This document shows positions 53,864 to 62,628 of a stretch of DNA of 64,000 bases, one piece after another (positions within the stretch are counted from its first letter, which is position 1; each line of letters begins with the position of its first letter). The translations under genes and the position numbers were made by a program. A model generated the notes under the pieces. It was given only the letters and a program-made list of their open reading frames with translations. It made no database searches and was not told the DNA's origin. Source of the stretch: a virus (taxonomy: Duplodnaviria > Caudoviricetes); IMG/VR virus record IMGVR_UViG_3300042402_003952; one strand, given 5' to 3'.

Positions 53864-56305
53864 ATGACTAAAGCAAAACCCGATTATCTTGATTTTGACG
53901 GCGATAGAAACACTAAAGAATCAATGAAAAAAGCCCTGAAAGATAAGAAAACAAAATCTGTTAAAGAGGGGTTGATTGGTGGTCAGACTAAAATTGATGT
54001 TGCTGCTCCTTATGGGAAATTAACTTCTGCAGATTTTAAACATCTTCGAAAATCAAAAAAGAAACTCACCAAAGAAGGATATTCAAATTGGAGAGAAGAC
54101 CTGATTGAAATCGCAGATAAAATTCCAGTAAAAAAAGGAGAAGAGCAAAAAATAATAGAAAAAGAAGTTAATAATAAAATTAAGATTAATCCAACCCTTG
54201 AACTGGGAGAAGCACTAGGAAATCTTGGTGGAACTCTTATTGAAATGATCGAGATTGATGAAGTTGATTATATTGTTGAGAGTGTTTATAATGAACTTCT
54301 CGATGAGGGTTATGATGATAACGAAATTGAAGAAGCTCTTGAGTATGCATTAACCGAAGCAACAGTTACTTTCGGACACGATACTCCTGTTAGAGAAAAG
54401 AAAAGAGGTAATTTATTAAAAGCGGTTGGAAGACTTGCAAGACAAAAACTTTCCAGTAAAGTTCGTGGGGTTAAAAGTGCTGCTTCCGGTGCTATTGCTT
54501 CTGGTGCAAGGCAAGTTGCTAGAGGTGCATTAGGTGTTGCTCGTAAAATGGAAGGCGACAAAAAACCAAGTAAAGTTCATAGCAAACCCGGAGTAAGAAC
54601 ATCATCGACTTATAGTGGTGCTGGTGTAGGAACTAGAGAAAGAGTGAGTAGTGGTTCTTATACTCCTCCTAAACCACAACCAAAAACACAACCAAAAGCG
54701 TCATCTCAAAAATCTCCAGATCCTTGGGGAGAACCAACAACTCCACCAAAAGCAACTCCTAAACAGCAAACAACACAAAAACCTCAAGCAAAAACTACAA
54801 CAGTTTCGGCAAAACCTCAAGCAAAAACTACAACAGTTGCTGCAAAACCATTAAGTAAAAAGCAACAGCAGGCTGCCATGAGGGCAATTCGTAGAAATCC
54901 AAATATCTCTAAAACAGATTTGGATAGAATTACTTCTTCAGTAAATGAAGTAAATCAAAAAGTTTTTAATGATTATTGGAGTTATGTTGCAGAAGAATAT
55001 AAAGAGCAATATGAAATTCTTGAAAAAGCAGAAAGTGAGCAACAACAAAAACTTTTTGGACTTGCACTTTCGGTGAAGAGGGGACAAACTTCAAGAGATA
55101 AAGTAAGCGATAAAGTTCTTGAAATTGTTGATAGTATGAGCGAAAAGAAAATTCGTGATTTTGCTAAAACTCCTCACAAAGGACTTCCTAACAAAATAGA
55201 GACAAAAGAAGAAGCAATAAGACAAGAATTTATTGCTAGAATGATTGAAAAAATTGAAAATCAAAGTGAAGTATATGTTGATGAGGCAAAACTTCCAAAC
55301 TCAATGAAAAAAGGTAGAAAAAAACTTGAGAGCAAAACTCAAGTAATACATGATGTTGATGATAATCTTGCAGATCAACGACATCCTGATGCAGCTAAGA
55401 TTGATGTAATGAGAAAATCTTCCGGCAAATGGCAGAAAGTTAAATCATTAACTCCTAGCCAATTTGCTCATCATAAACTTAGAGGTCCTGGCGAACCTGT
55501 AAAGGAAGAAAAAGATGATCCTGGTGATAAATATGGATTCGATCAATTTAGAAGTACTAAAAAGTTTAGAGAAACGACCAAACCAAACAAACCAGTAGTA
55601 AGGTTGGGAGATAGTTCAAGAAGACCTGCCCAAAAATCTGTGGTGACTGCTCGTGGTGGATCTGAATTTGGAAGTAAAAAACCTAGTACTCCTATGGATA
55701 ATCCAGGAGAGTTTGCTAAAGATTTAAAATCTAGAATTGGGGTAAAAAATCTTGAGAGAAAGAATGTTCATTTTACTGGGGGAATGCGTGCAGGTTCTGG
55801 TCCTGAGAAAAAAGCAGAAGTAGTTAAAAGGATTGTAAAACCCGATGCCAAAAAAGTAATTACTACTGATGACCATCTTCAAAATGTAAGACATATGGCT
55901 GCTGCAGCATCTGAAACTGCACCTAAAGCAAAAGTTAGAGCATATCAATCAAAACCAGCGACAAAGGCAAAAGGTAAGGTTAAAACTGGAGATATTGTTC
56001 CAGTGAGAGTTGGTAAGGAAAAGAATTTAAGTGATACTAATATTGGTATAAGAAAGAACACCTCGCCTTCATCATCTACTAAAGAAACTCAACGCAGAAG
56101 AAAAATTGCAAAGCGTGGTATGAGAAGTGAAGCACTTGATGTAAATACTCAGCAACAAAATACTTCGCGGGTTAATCAACCAACTTCAAATGAATTAAAT
56201 CCTAAACAAAAATCTGCTCTTTCTAAGTTAATTCAAAGTAAAACTATGGAATTGACCGCAGCAAAAAGAGCAATAAGTTCTGGAATTTCTCCTGATATTG
56301 GTTAA
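53864..56305 (+). CDS. Large modular putative internal head protein containing a DUF3008-like module and a HAD-phosphatase domain
   Basis: DFDGD, YSNWREDL, LLDEGY, KA.S.QQQK..G.A...MSEK..RDFA.T.HKGLP, HAD motifs DVDD / TAR / K / DD; TATAAATA at 53823. Confidence 0.65.
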   Translation: MTKAKPDYLDFDGDRNTKESMKKALKDKKTKSVKEGLIGGQTKIDVAAPYGKLTSADFKHLRKSKKKLTKEGYSNWREDLIEIADKIPVKKGEEQKIIEKEVNNKIKINPTLELGEALGNLGGTLIEMIEIDEVDYIVESVYNELLDEGYDDNEIEEALEYALTEATVTFGHDTPVREKKRGNLLKAVGRLARQKLSSKVRGVKSAASGAIASGARQVARGALGVARKMEGDKKPSKVHSKPGVRTSSTYSGAGVGTRERVSSGSYTPPKPQPKTQPKASSQKSPDPWGEPTTPPKATPKQQTTQKPQAKTTTVSAKPQAKTTTVAAKPLSKKQQQAAMRAIRRNPNISKTDLDRITSSVNEVNQKVFNDYWSYVAEEYKEQYEILEKAESEQQQKLFGLALSVKRGQTSRDKVSDKVLEIVDSMSEKKIRDFAKTPHKGLPNKIETKEEAIRQEFIARMIEKIENQSEVYVDEAKLPNSMKKGRKKLESKTQVIHDVDDNLADQRHPDAAKIDVMRKSSGKWQKVKSLTPSQFAHHKLRGPGEPVKEEKDDPGDKYGFDQFRSTKKFRETTKPNKPVVRLGDSSRRPAQKSVVTARGGSEFGSKKPSTPMDNPGEFAKDLKSRIGVKNLERKNVHFTGGMRAGSGPEKKAEVVKRIVKPDAKKVITTDDHLQNVRHMAAAASETAPKAKVRAYQSKPATKAKGKVKTGDIVPVRVGKEKNLSDTNIGIRKNTSPSSSTKETQRRRKIAKRGMRSEALDVNTQQQNTSRVNQPTSNELNPKQKSALSKLIQSKTMELTAAKRAISSGISPDIG

Positions 56306-56347
56306 TTTTTCCTAAATAGTTTTGAATCCACTTATACGGAGGTTATT

Positions 56348-56521
56348 ATGGGAGTATTAGTAGAGGTTGTAAAACCACTTCTTTTAGCGGCAATGAATTC
56401 TTGCCATACAAAAAGACTTGTTTGTGAACTTCTTGATCGTTATGTAAATACTACCGATAATGATATTGATGATCTAATTGCAGGGACAGTGAGAACTGCG
56501 CTGCTTAAAGGTTGTAAGTGA
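56348..56521 (+). CDS. Small conserved hypothetical protein (57 aa), not in the ORF track
   Basis: CTAAATA at 56312, GGAGG RBS, ...LLDRYVNTTDNDIDD... Confidence 0.75.
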   Translation: MGVLVEVVKPLLLAAMNSCHTKRLVCELLDRYVNTTDNDIDDLIAGTVRTALLKGCK

Positions 56522-56542
56522 TTAATTTTTAAAATAAATTAC

Positions 56543-56574
56543 AAAGGAGATCAAAAGTAAGATCTCCTTTTTTT
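56543..56574 (+). terminator. Intrinsic terminator followed by TATAAATA (56574-81)
   Basis: aaaggagatc-aaaagtaa-gatctccttt followed by a T run. Confidence 0.85.
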
Positions 56575-56612
56575 ATAAATATTATTAGCAAATAATTTTA
56601 CGGAAGAAAGAC

Positions 56613-57380
56613 ATGGCACTCTGGGGAGACAATGATAACATTCATTCTGGTGGCACAGTATCTTTAGATTATCAAACCGGTGTTGTAACTGGAAGTGGGA
56701 CAACTTTTGGAAACGTTGGTGCTGCAGCAACTGGAGACGTTATTCGTTTTGGTGCAGTTGTCGGTGGAATTTATTATGGTGATGCTGTAATTGTTGGTAT
56801 TGCAAGTACGACTCAACTATCAATTGGATCAACTAATGGTCTTAGTGGAGCTACGATTTCTGGTGCTCAGTACACTATAAATGAACAACCAAAGTATACA
56901 GTTGATGATGTTTTCTATAGTCAGAAGCATGAACATTCAGGCGAAACAATTAATGCTGTTGTAACCACTGCCTCTGCTCCTGGTGCATCTATTGGAACAA
57001 GTATTGTTGCGGTTGCAAGCACTACAGGAATTCTTGTTACAGATACTCTTACTGCTAGTGGTGGAGTTAGTGCTGTAGTTTCTTCAATCGGTGCTACAAC
57101 TGTTTCTCTTGGTTCTACAATTTCTGCGGGTATTACTACTGGAGCAACTATTACGTTCACTCGTGTAACTGGTGCTCGTAATACTTATGTCGCTGGTGTT
57201 TCTACTGAAGGTGTAGGTGCTGCTAGATCAACAGTATACCAAATTGGTGCTGGTTGGGTTGGAGTTACTACCTATAAAGATGCTGAAGGTAATCTTAGAG
57301 TTAAGAAAGAGATTCTAGTCGCAATGTCTGGCATTCAGACTGGAAATGTTCCTATCTATGATGCAGATCCAACGGTTTGA
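56613..57380 (+). CDS. Putative virion structural protein (Gly/Thr/Val-rich)
   Basis: MALWG start, GWVG.TTY.D..GNLRVK.E.LVAMSGI end; late promoter upstream. Confidence 0.65.
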   Translation: MALWGDNDNIHSGGTVSLDYQTGVVTGSGTTFGNVGAAATGDVIRFGAVVGGIYYGDAVIVGIASTTQLSIGSTNGLSGATISGAQYTINEQPKYTVDDVFYSQKHEHSGETINAVVTTASAPGASIGTSIVAVASTTGILVTDTLTASGGVSAVVSSIGATTVSLGSTISAGITTGATITFTRVTGARNTYVAGVSTEGVGAARSTVYQIGAGWVGVTTYKDAEGNLRVKKEILVAMSGIQTGNVPIYDADPTV

Positions 57381-57386
57381 TAATAT

Positions 57387-57779
57387 ATGTTTTTTAATGA
57401 ATTGAATGAGGACAATTTCCTTTTGTTTGCTATTAAAAATTATGAAAATCCTCAAGCAGTCACTAAAGAAGATTTTGACAAAGATTTAAATCATTTTAAA
57501 TACATCAAAAGACTTTTGAAACGATATAAAAAATCAGGTGAACTTAAAACTCACCTGATTTTAAACCATTTTATTGTTCTTTATAATATTTTTGGTGAGG
57601 CTGCTACACCTATGTTATTTTTTAAAATAGATAAAGATCTTTGGTCAGTTCTAAAATCTTTTATTATATTTTTGAATAAGCTTCCAGAATACCCAAGATC
57701 ATCAATTCATAATATTCAAGTTGACCTATATTGTTTAGAGGAACTTTATAAAATCTACAATGGAAAAGAAGAAACTTGA
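57387..57779 (+). CDS. Conserved hypothetical protein
   Basis: ELN..NF.LFAIK.Y.NP...EDF..D...FKYIKRL...Y...GELK.HL.LNH.I.LYN.FG. Confidence 0.8.
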   Translation: MFFNELNEDNFLLFAIKNYENPQAVTKEDFDKDLNHFKYIKRLLKRYKKSGELKTHLILNHFIVLYNIFGEAATPMLFFKIDKDLWSVLKSFIIFLNKLPEYPRSSIHNIQVDLYCLEELYKIYNGKEET

Positions 57780-57987
57780 TTGGATTATTTCTATAATAAG
57801 AGAAGAAATGATGACAGCAAATCCTCCTGGTGGTTCTGGTGGATTTTCTAGTTCTTCTGATCCGGCAGGTCCAGTTGCCGGCAGAAGTCCAAAAATGTTT
57901 CTTTTATCGAGAAAGTTTGCTAAAACTTATTCTAAAGGTGGTCCCGGATCCCGCAAAAAATGGTTAGATTATTTAAAAAATAAATAA
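57760..57987 (+). CDS. Small hypothetical protein
   Basis: IREEMMTANPPGGSGGFS...GPVAG; overlaps the upstream gene. Confidence 0.65.
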   Translation: MEKKKLDWIISIIREEMMTANPPGGSGGFSSSSDPAGPVAGRSPKMFLLSRKFAKTYSKGGPGSRKKWLDYLKNK

Positions 57988-58065
57988 TATTAAACTATAA
58001 AATTTATACGATTAGTTTTCTGAAAAAAGTGAGAGAACGTTCAGACAACTAATTAAACTAAAAAA

Positions 58066-58476
58066 ATGTTTAATCAAAACATATCTGCAGACACTAAAAT
58101 TGCTGTATTGGAAGAACGTCTTTCGGCATACGAAGGTATGATGAAAAAAATTGATGAGGCAATACAGTTAATGGGTAAGACGAGTCAAAATATTAGTAAA
58201 ATGCTTGCTGTTCATGAAGAAAGAATAGAGCAGTGTCATAAGGCAGATGATTATATTAGTAGAGTAATTGAAGAACTGAGATTAGAAAATAAAGATCAGT
58301 ACGAAGCAGTATCAGGAAGAATTGAGAAAATAGAAAATAAATTAGAAGAAGTTGTAAAGTTTCGTTGGGTTATAATTGGGATTTTCGCTGTAGTTTCTTT
58401 TGGTCTCTCGCAATCTCATGTGGTCGTAGATCTTTTAACTCCAGATTCTTCTCAAGTACAAGTACTACAAAAATAA
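58066..58476 (+). CDS. Coiled-coil protein with a single C-terminal TM helix (holin/XhlA-like candidate)
   Basis: Heptad N-terminus, hydrophobic FRWVIIGIFAVVSFGL. Confidence 0.5.
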   Translation: MFNQNISADTKIAVLEERLSAYEGMMKKIDEAIQLMGKTSQNISKMLAVHEERIEQCHKADDYISRVIEELRLENKDQYEAVSGRIEKIENKLEEVVKFRWVIIGIFAVVSFGLSQSHVVVDLLTPDSSQVQVLQK

Positions 58477-58501
58477 ATAGTTGAGTGTTGGCACACCGCC
58501 A

Positions 58502-58609
58502 ATGAAAACTCAAAGAAAAATCACAGTCTATTCACTTCAAAAAGCGACAAATTCGGTTGTTAAGTGGACAGCAATAATCACTTCCCTTTGCCTTGACAAG
58601 ACGCGATAG
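58502..58609 (+). CDS. Possible small peptide (35 aa)
   Basis: AATAAATA at 58472; MKTQRKITVYSLQKATNSVVKWTAIITSLCLDKTR. Confidence 0.4.
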   Translation: MKTQRKITVYSLQKATNSVVKWTAIITSLCLDKTR

Positions 58610-58620
58610 TCTGGTAGAAT
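58593..58620 (+). promoter_or_regulatory. Sigma70-type promoter for primase (TTGACA-16-TAGAAT, extended -10)
   Basis: Read directly. Confidence 0.7.
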
Positions 58621-58644
58621 AGATCAACAGGTTAATGTTTGTTT

Positions 58645-59622
58645 ATGGACTTTGTTGATGTAAAGTACATCAATTTGATATCTTCTCGTTTTCAGAAATT
58701 CAAGAAGGTAAAGAATAATCTTTACAACTTTCGTTGCCCTATTTGCGGCGACTCTCAAAAAAATAAAAATAAGGCAAGAGGTTATTTGTATCAAGTAAAA
58801 AATAACACAAACTTTAAGTGCCATAATTGTGGCATTAATATTTCCTTCAACAATTTTCTCAAACAAATAGATTCCGTAATCTATAAGCAATATGCATTTG
58901 AAAAATTTAAAGATGGAAAGACTGGTAGAAACTTCACTGTTGAAGAACCAGCGTTTCATTTTCAAGCACCAAAGTTTAAACCTAAACTAGACTTACCTAA
59001 AGCATCAGAAAATCCTGATGCAAATGAATATTTGGTAAAGAGAAAATTAAATCCGCATAACTATTATTACGCCGAAAAATTTAAGTCTTGGACTAATTCT
59101 TTAAAGAAAGTCTTCGATGATACAAGTAAAGATGAACCTAGGATTATCATTCCTCTGTTCTATCAAGATACTCTTATTGGATTTCAAGGTAGAGCACTTG
59201 ATCATAATAAGATTAAATACATTACTGTAATGCTTGATGATGATGCACCAAAAATATATGGTCTCGATGAAATCAAAAAAGATCAAACTGTCTACATCAC
59301 GGAAGGTCCATTCGATTCAACTTTCATATGCAACTCAATTGCTCTTTGTGGAGCTGACGGTGATGTTAGTAAGTGGGGTATTAGCAATTGTGTGTGGATC
59401 TATGATAACGAACCACGTAATGCAGAAATCCACCGCAGAATTGAACATTGTATCAGTGGAGGAGATAAGGTCGTAATTTGGCCATCTAATATAAAAGAAA
59501 AAGATGTGAATGATCTAATTATTAGTGGATATTCTCAAGAAAATATTATGAAAATTATTAAAGAAAATGTTTATAAAGGATTGGAGGCAAAATTAAAATT
59601 AAATCAATGGAAAAGATGTTGA
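58645..59622 (+). CDS. gp61: DNA primase (with a replaced C-terminus)
   Basis: Zn finger CPICGDS...CHNC, PRIIIP, FQGR.L, TOPRIM TEGPFDS, DNEPRN, KD.ND. Confidence 0.97.
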   Translation: MDFVDVKYINLISSRFQKFKKVKNNLYNFRCPICGDSQKNKNKARGYLYQVKNNTNFKCHNCGINISFNNFLKQIDSVIYKQYAFEKFKDGKTGRNFTVEEPAFHFQAPKFKPKLDLPKASENPDANEYLVKRKLNPHNYYYAEKFKSWTNSLKKVFDDTSKDEPRIIIPLFYQDTLIGFQGRALDHNKIKYITVMLDDDAPKIYGLDEIKKDQTVYITEGPFDSTFICNSIALCGADGDVSKWGISNCVWIYDNEPRNAEIHRRIEHCISGGDKVVIWPSNIKEKDVNDLIISGYSQENIMKIIKENVYKGLEAKLKLNQWKRC

Positions 59623-60192
59623 TGTATTAGGAACGCATTTTAAGTGATGTTTTAAATTGGATTTTATAGTTTCTCTTTTGCAAAATAAACAACAAAATCT
59701 ATCAGTTCTTTGTTTTTTAAATAGTGGATGTTTTTCTCCTCTTATTCCAAACATTGGATTATTTTTTCCTTTCATCCTTTTTGAATGATCTGGTCTTTTT
59801 CTTCTTGCATGTGGTCTTGGGATGCCTTTTGTTTTTTCACTTAACTTTTGGTTTCTTTCTTTGGTATGTTTTTTTCCTGAAAAACCAGATCCAAATTTTC
59901 CATTTGCAACTGCTATTGATTTGTTGATATAAAGTGGATTTTTGTCTACCTTTAAATGTCTATGTATTTTTTCTTCTTTTTGATATGCATCTTTTCTTTT
60001 TTTAAATTCTTGTATTATTAAAGTCTTAAATAAATGTGGATTATTTTTAATTTCTATTTTCCATATATCTCTGTATTCTTCGGACATTACTGAACCATGA
60101 TATCCACCATCAATTTTATCGATACTTGTTGAACCAATATAAAATGGAGGAAGATTATTTCCTTTATAAATTGTAAGATAAACGCAGTACAT
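59599..60192 (-). mobile_element. Inverted free-standing GIY-YIG homing endonuclease (Seg-like)
   Basis: VYLT.Y...PPFYIGST, Y.GS, A...E...H, Y.N; NUMOD3-like HT.ERN.KLS and G.NNPMFG; C-terminal CxxC. Confidence 0.85.
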
Positions 60193-60240
60193 ACCATATC
60201 ATTAATATCTAAAACTATTTATTAATATTAATGATATGGT
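60193..60240 (-). promoter_or_regulatory. 16-bp perfect inverted repeat with the minus-strand late promoter TAATAAATA in its loop
   Basis: accatatcattaatat (60193-208) / atattaatgatatggt (60225-240); abuts the endonuclease ATG. Confidence 0.8.
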
Positions 60241-60334
60241 TCTTTCTGGACTGGATGTGCAGTCTGTGATAGAATTAAATACTTACTCTGGATTAGAAGC
60301 AAAACTAAAATTCACTACTTGGAAGAAAATATGA
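60227..60334 (+). pseudogene. Displaced original 3' end of the primase gene
   Basis: Reads INDMVLSGLDVQSVIELNTYSGLEAKLKFTTWKKI*, homologous to the primase C-terminus; its TGA overlaps the nrdA ATG. Confidence 0.85.
60247..60275 (+). promoter_or_regulatory. Sigma70-type promoter for nrdA inside the primase remnant (TGGACT-17-TAGAAT, extended -10)
   Basis: Read directly; TG at 60267-68. Confidence 0.55.
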
Positions 60335-62628
60335 GCAACGGAACAAAAGTTAAAAAACGTGATGGTCGAATTGAGTCTCTCGACCTGGATAAGATGCATC
60401 TGATGGTTGAAGAGGCATGTAAAAGTCTTTCAGGTGTCTCTGCTAGTCAAGTTGAAATGACTTCTGGTATTCAATTTTATGATGGAATTACTACAGGAGA
60501 AATTCAGGAAATTCTGATTCGTTCTGCTTCGGATTTGATTGATCTAGACCACCCAAACTACCAATATGTTGCAGCAAGGTTACTTCTGTTTGCTGTCCGT
60601 AAACAACTTTATGGTAAGATGAAAGAACTTCCATCTCTTGAGCAGCACATTTACAACTGCGTAAATCAAGAGGTATACGATAATGATATCTTTAACAAAT
60701 ATTCGCAGGAAGATATTGCTCGTGCGGAGTCTTTTATTGATCATGATCGTGACTATTTGTTTACATATGCTGGTCTTCGCCAAGTAGTAGACAAATATCT
60801 TGTTCAGGATCGTAGTAATGGTGGTGTATATGAAACACCACAGTTTATGTACATGATGATTGCTCTGACTATCTTTGCAGAGTATCCAAAAGAAACCCGT
60901 ATGTCATATGTCAAGAGGTATTATGACGCAATCTCCAAACACAAAATCAACATCCCAACACCAATCATGGCGGGAGTGCGAACTCCGCTTAGACAATTTG
61001 CTAGCTGTGTGCTTGTTGACGTTGATGACACCCTCGATAGTATCTTTAGTAGTGATATGGCTATTGGCAGATACGTTGCACAGAGGGCGGGAATCGGCAT
61101 CAACGCTGGTCGAATCCGTGGTATCAACAGCAAAATTAGAGGTGGAGAAGTTCAACACACGGGTGTTGTACCATTTCTCAAGAAGTTTGAAGCAACTGTC
61201 CGATGCTGCACGCAAAATGGCATACGAGGTGGATCCGCGACAGTCCACTTCCCAATCTGGCACCAAGAAATAGAGGACATTCTGGTTCTCAAGAATAATA
61301 AAGGTACGGAGGACAATCGTGTTCGTAAACTTGATTACAGCATTCAGATCAGCAAACTCTTCTATGAGAGGTTCATTCAGGATGGTGAGATCACGCTTTT
61401 CTCCCCCCATGATGTACCTGGACTTTATGATAGCTTTGGACTCCCTGAATTTGATGAACTCTACTGTTCATATGAAAAAGATCCGACCATTAAGAAAAAG
61501 ACTATTAAGGCACAGGAACTCATTCTTAATCTTCTCAAAGAACGTGCAGAAACGGGTCGTATCTATATTATGAATATTGACCACTGTAATTCTCACTCAT
61601 CCTTTAAGGACAAAGTGAACATGTCAAATCTTTGTCAGGAAATTACTCTTCCCACAGACCCTCTTCAGCATATTGACGATACGATGGGGGAGATTGCTCT
61701 CTGCATTCTCTCTGCTATTAACGTCGGTAAAGTGAAATCTGATGAGGAACTTGAAGAACTTTGTGATCTTTCAGTTCGTGGTTTGGATGAGTTGATTGAT
61801 TATCAGAAATACCCCGTAGTGGCGGCAGAAATCGCCACCAAGGCGCGTCGTTCTCTTGGTATAGGGTTTATTGGTCTTGCACACTATTTGGCAAAACTTG
61901 GGTTCAATTACGACTCCCAAGAAGCATGGGATGCAGTTCATGGTCTTTCTGAATCTTTCCAATATTATCTTCTGAAAGCATCCAATCAACTTGCCAAAGA
62001 GAAGGGATATTGTGAATATTTTGGACGCACAAAGTATGCTGATGGTATTCTTCCTATTGATACGTACAAAAAAGATGTAGACGAAATTTCGCCCATTAAC
62101 CTTCAACATGATTGGGAAACTCTTAGGTCATCTATCTTGGAACACGGTCTCAGGCACTCAACATTGTCCGCACAGATGCCATCGGAGAGCAGTTCCGTTG
62201 TGTCAAATGCAACCAATGGAATCGAACCTCCTCGTGGATTCTTGTCCGTTAAGAAGAGTAAAAAGGGACCGCTCAAACAGATTGTTCCGCAGTATCATAC
62301 CCTTAAGAACACTTATACGCTTCTTTGGGATATGCCTAGCAATCGTGGTTATATTAACATTGTTGCTGTGATGCAAAAATTCTTTGACCAGGCAATCTCT
62401 GGAAATTGGTCATACAACCCAGAAAACTACAAAGATAATGAAGTTCCTGTGTCAGTAATGGCGAATGACTTTTTGACTACATACAAGATGGGATGGAAAA
62501 CTTCATACTACCAAAACACTTACGATATTAAGACTGATGAGGTAGTAGAAGAGAAACCCAATCTTCAAGATTTGCTAAGTGAGTTAAGTTCAGCAGAGGA
62601 GGGGGAGTGTGAATCCTGCGCAGTTTGA
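60331..62628 (+). CDS. nrdA: Class Ia ribonucleotide reductase alpha subunit
   Basis: ATP cone VKKRDG, TPIMAG.RT, SCVL, SNLCQEI, MPSESSS, C-terminal CESC; uninterrupted. Confidence 0.98.
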   Translation: MSNGTKVKKRDGRIESLDLDKMHLMVEEACKSLSGVSASQVEMTSGIQFYDGITTGEIQEILIRSASDLIDLDHPNYQYVAARLLLFAVRKQLYGKMKELPSLEQHIYNCVNQEVYDNDIFNKYSQEDIARAESFIDHDRDYLFTYAGLRQVVDKYLVQDRSNGGVYETPQFMYMMIALTIFAEYPKETRMSYVKRYYDAISKHKINIPTPIMAGVRTPLRQFASCVLVDVDDTLDSIFSSDMAIGRYVAQRAGIGINAGRIRGINSKIRGGEVQHTGVVPFLKKFEATVRCCTQNGIRGGSATVHFPIWHQEIEDILVLKNNKGTEDNRVRKLDYSIQISKLFYERFIQDGEITLFSPHDVPGLYDSFGLPEFDELYCSYEKDPTIKKKTIKAQELILNLLKERAETGRIYIMNIDHCNSHSSFKDKVNMSNLCQEITLPTDPLQHIDDTMGEIALCILSAINVGKVKSDEELEELCDLSVRGLDELIDYQKYPVVAAEIATKARRSLGIGFIGLAHYLAKLGFNYDSQEAWDAVHGLSESFQYYLLKASNQLAKEKGYCEYFGRTKYADGILPIDTYKKDVDEISPINLQHDWETLRSSILEHGLRHSTLSAQMPSESSSVVSNATNGIEPPRGFLSVKKSKKGPLKQIVPQYHTLKNTYTLLWDMPSNRGYINIVAVMQKFFDQAISGNWSYNPENYKDNEVPVSVMANDFLTTYKMGWKTSYYQNTYDIKTDEVVEEKPNLQDLLSELSSAEEGECESCAV

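Noticed and set aside
59506-60226. Primase insertion as a self-splicing intron
   Set aside because: The ORF is antisense, no group I/II core is visible, and the upstream frame already ends in a complete homologous C-terminus, so splicing is unnecessary. RT-PCR would be needed for formal exclusion.
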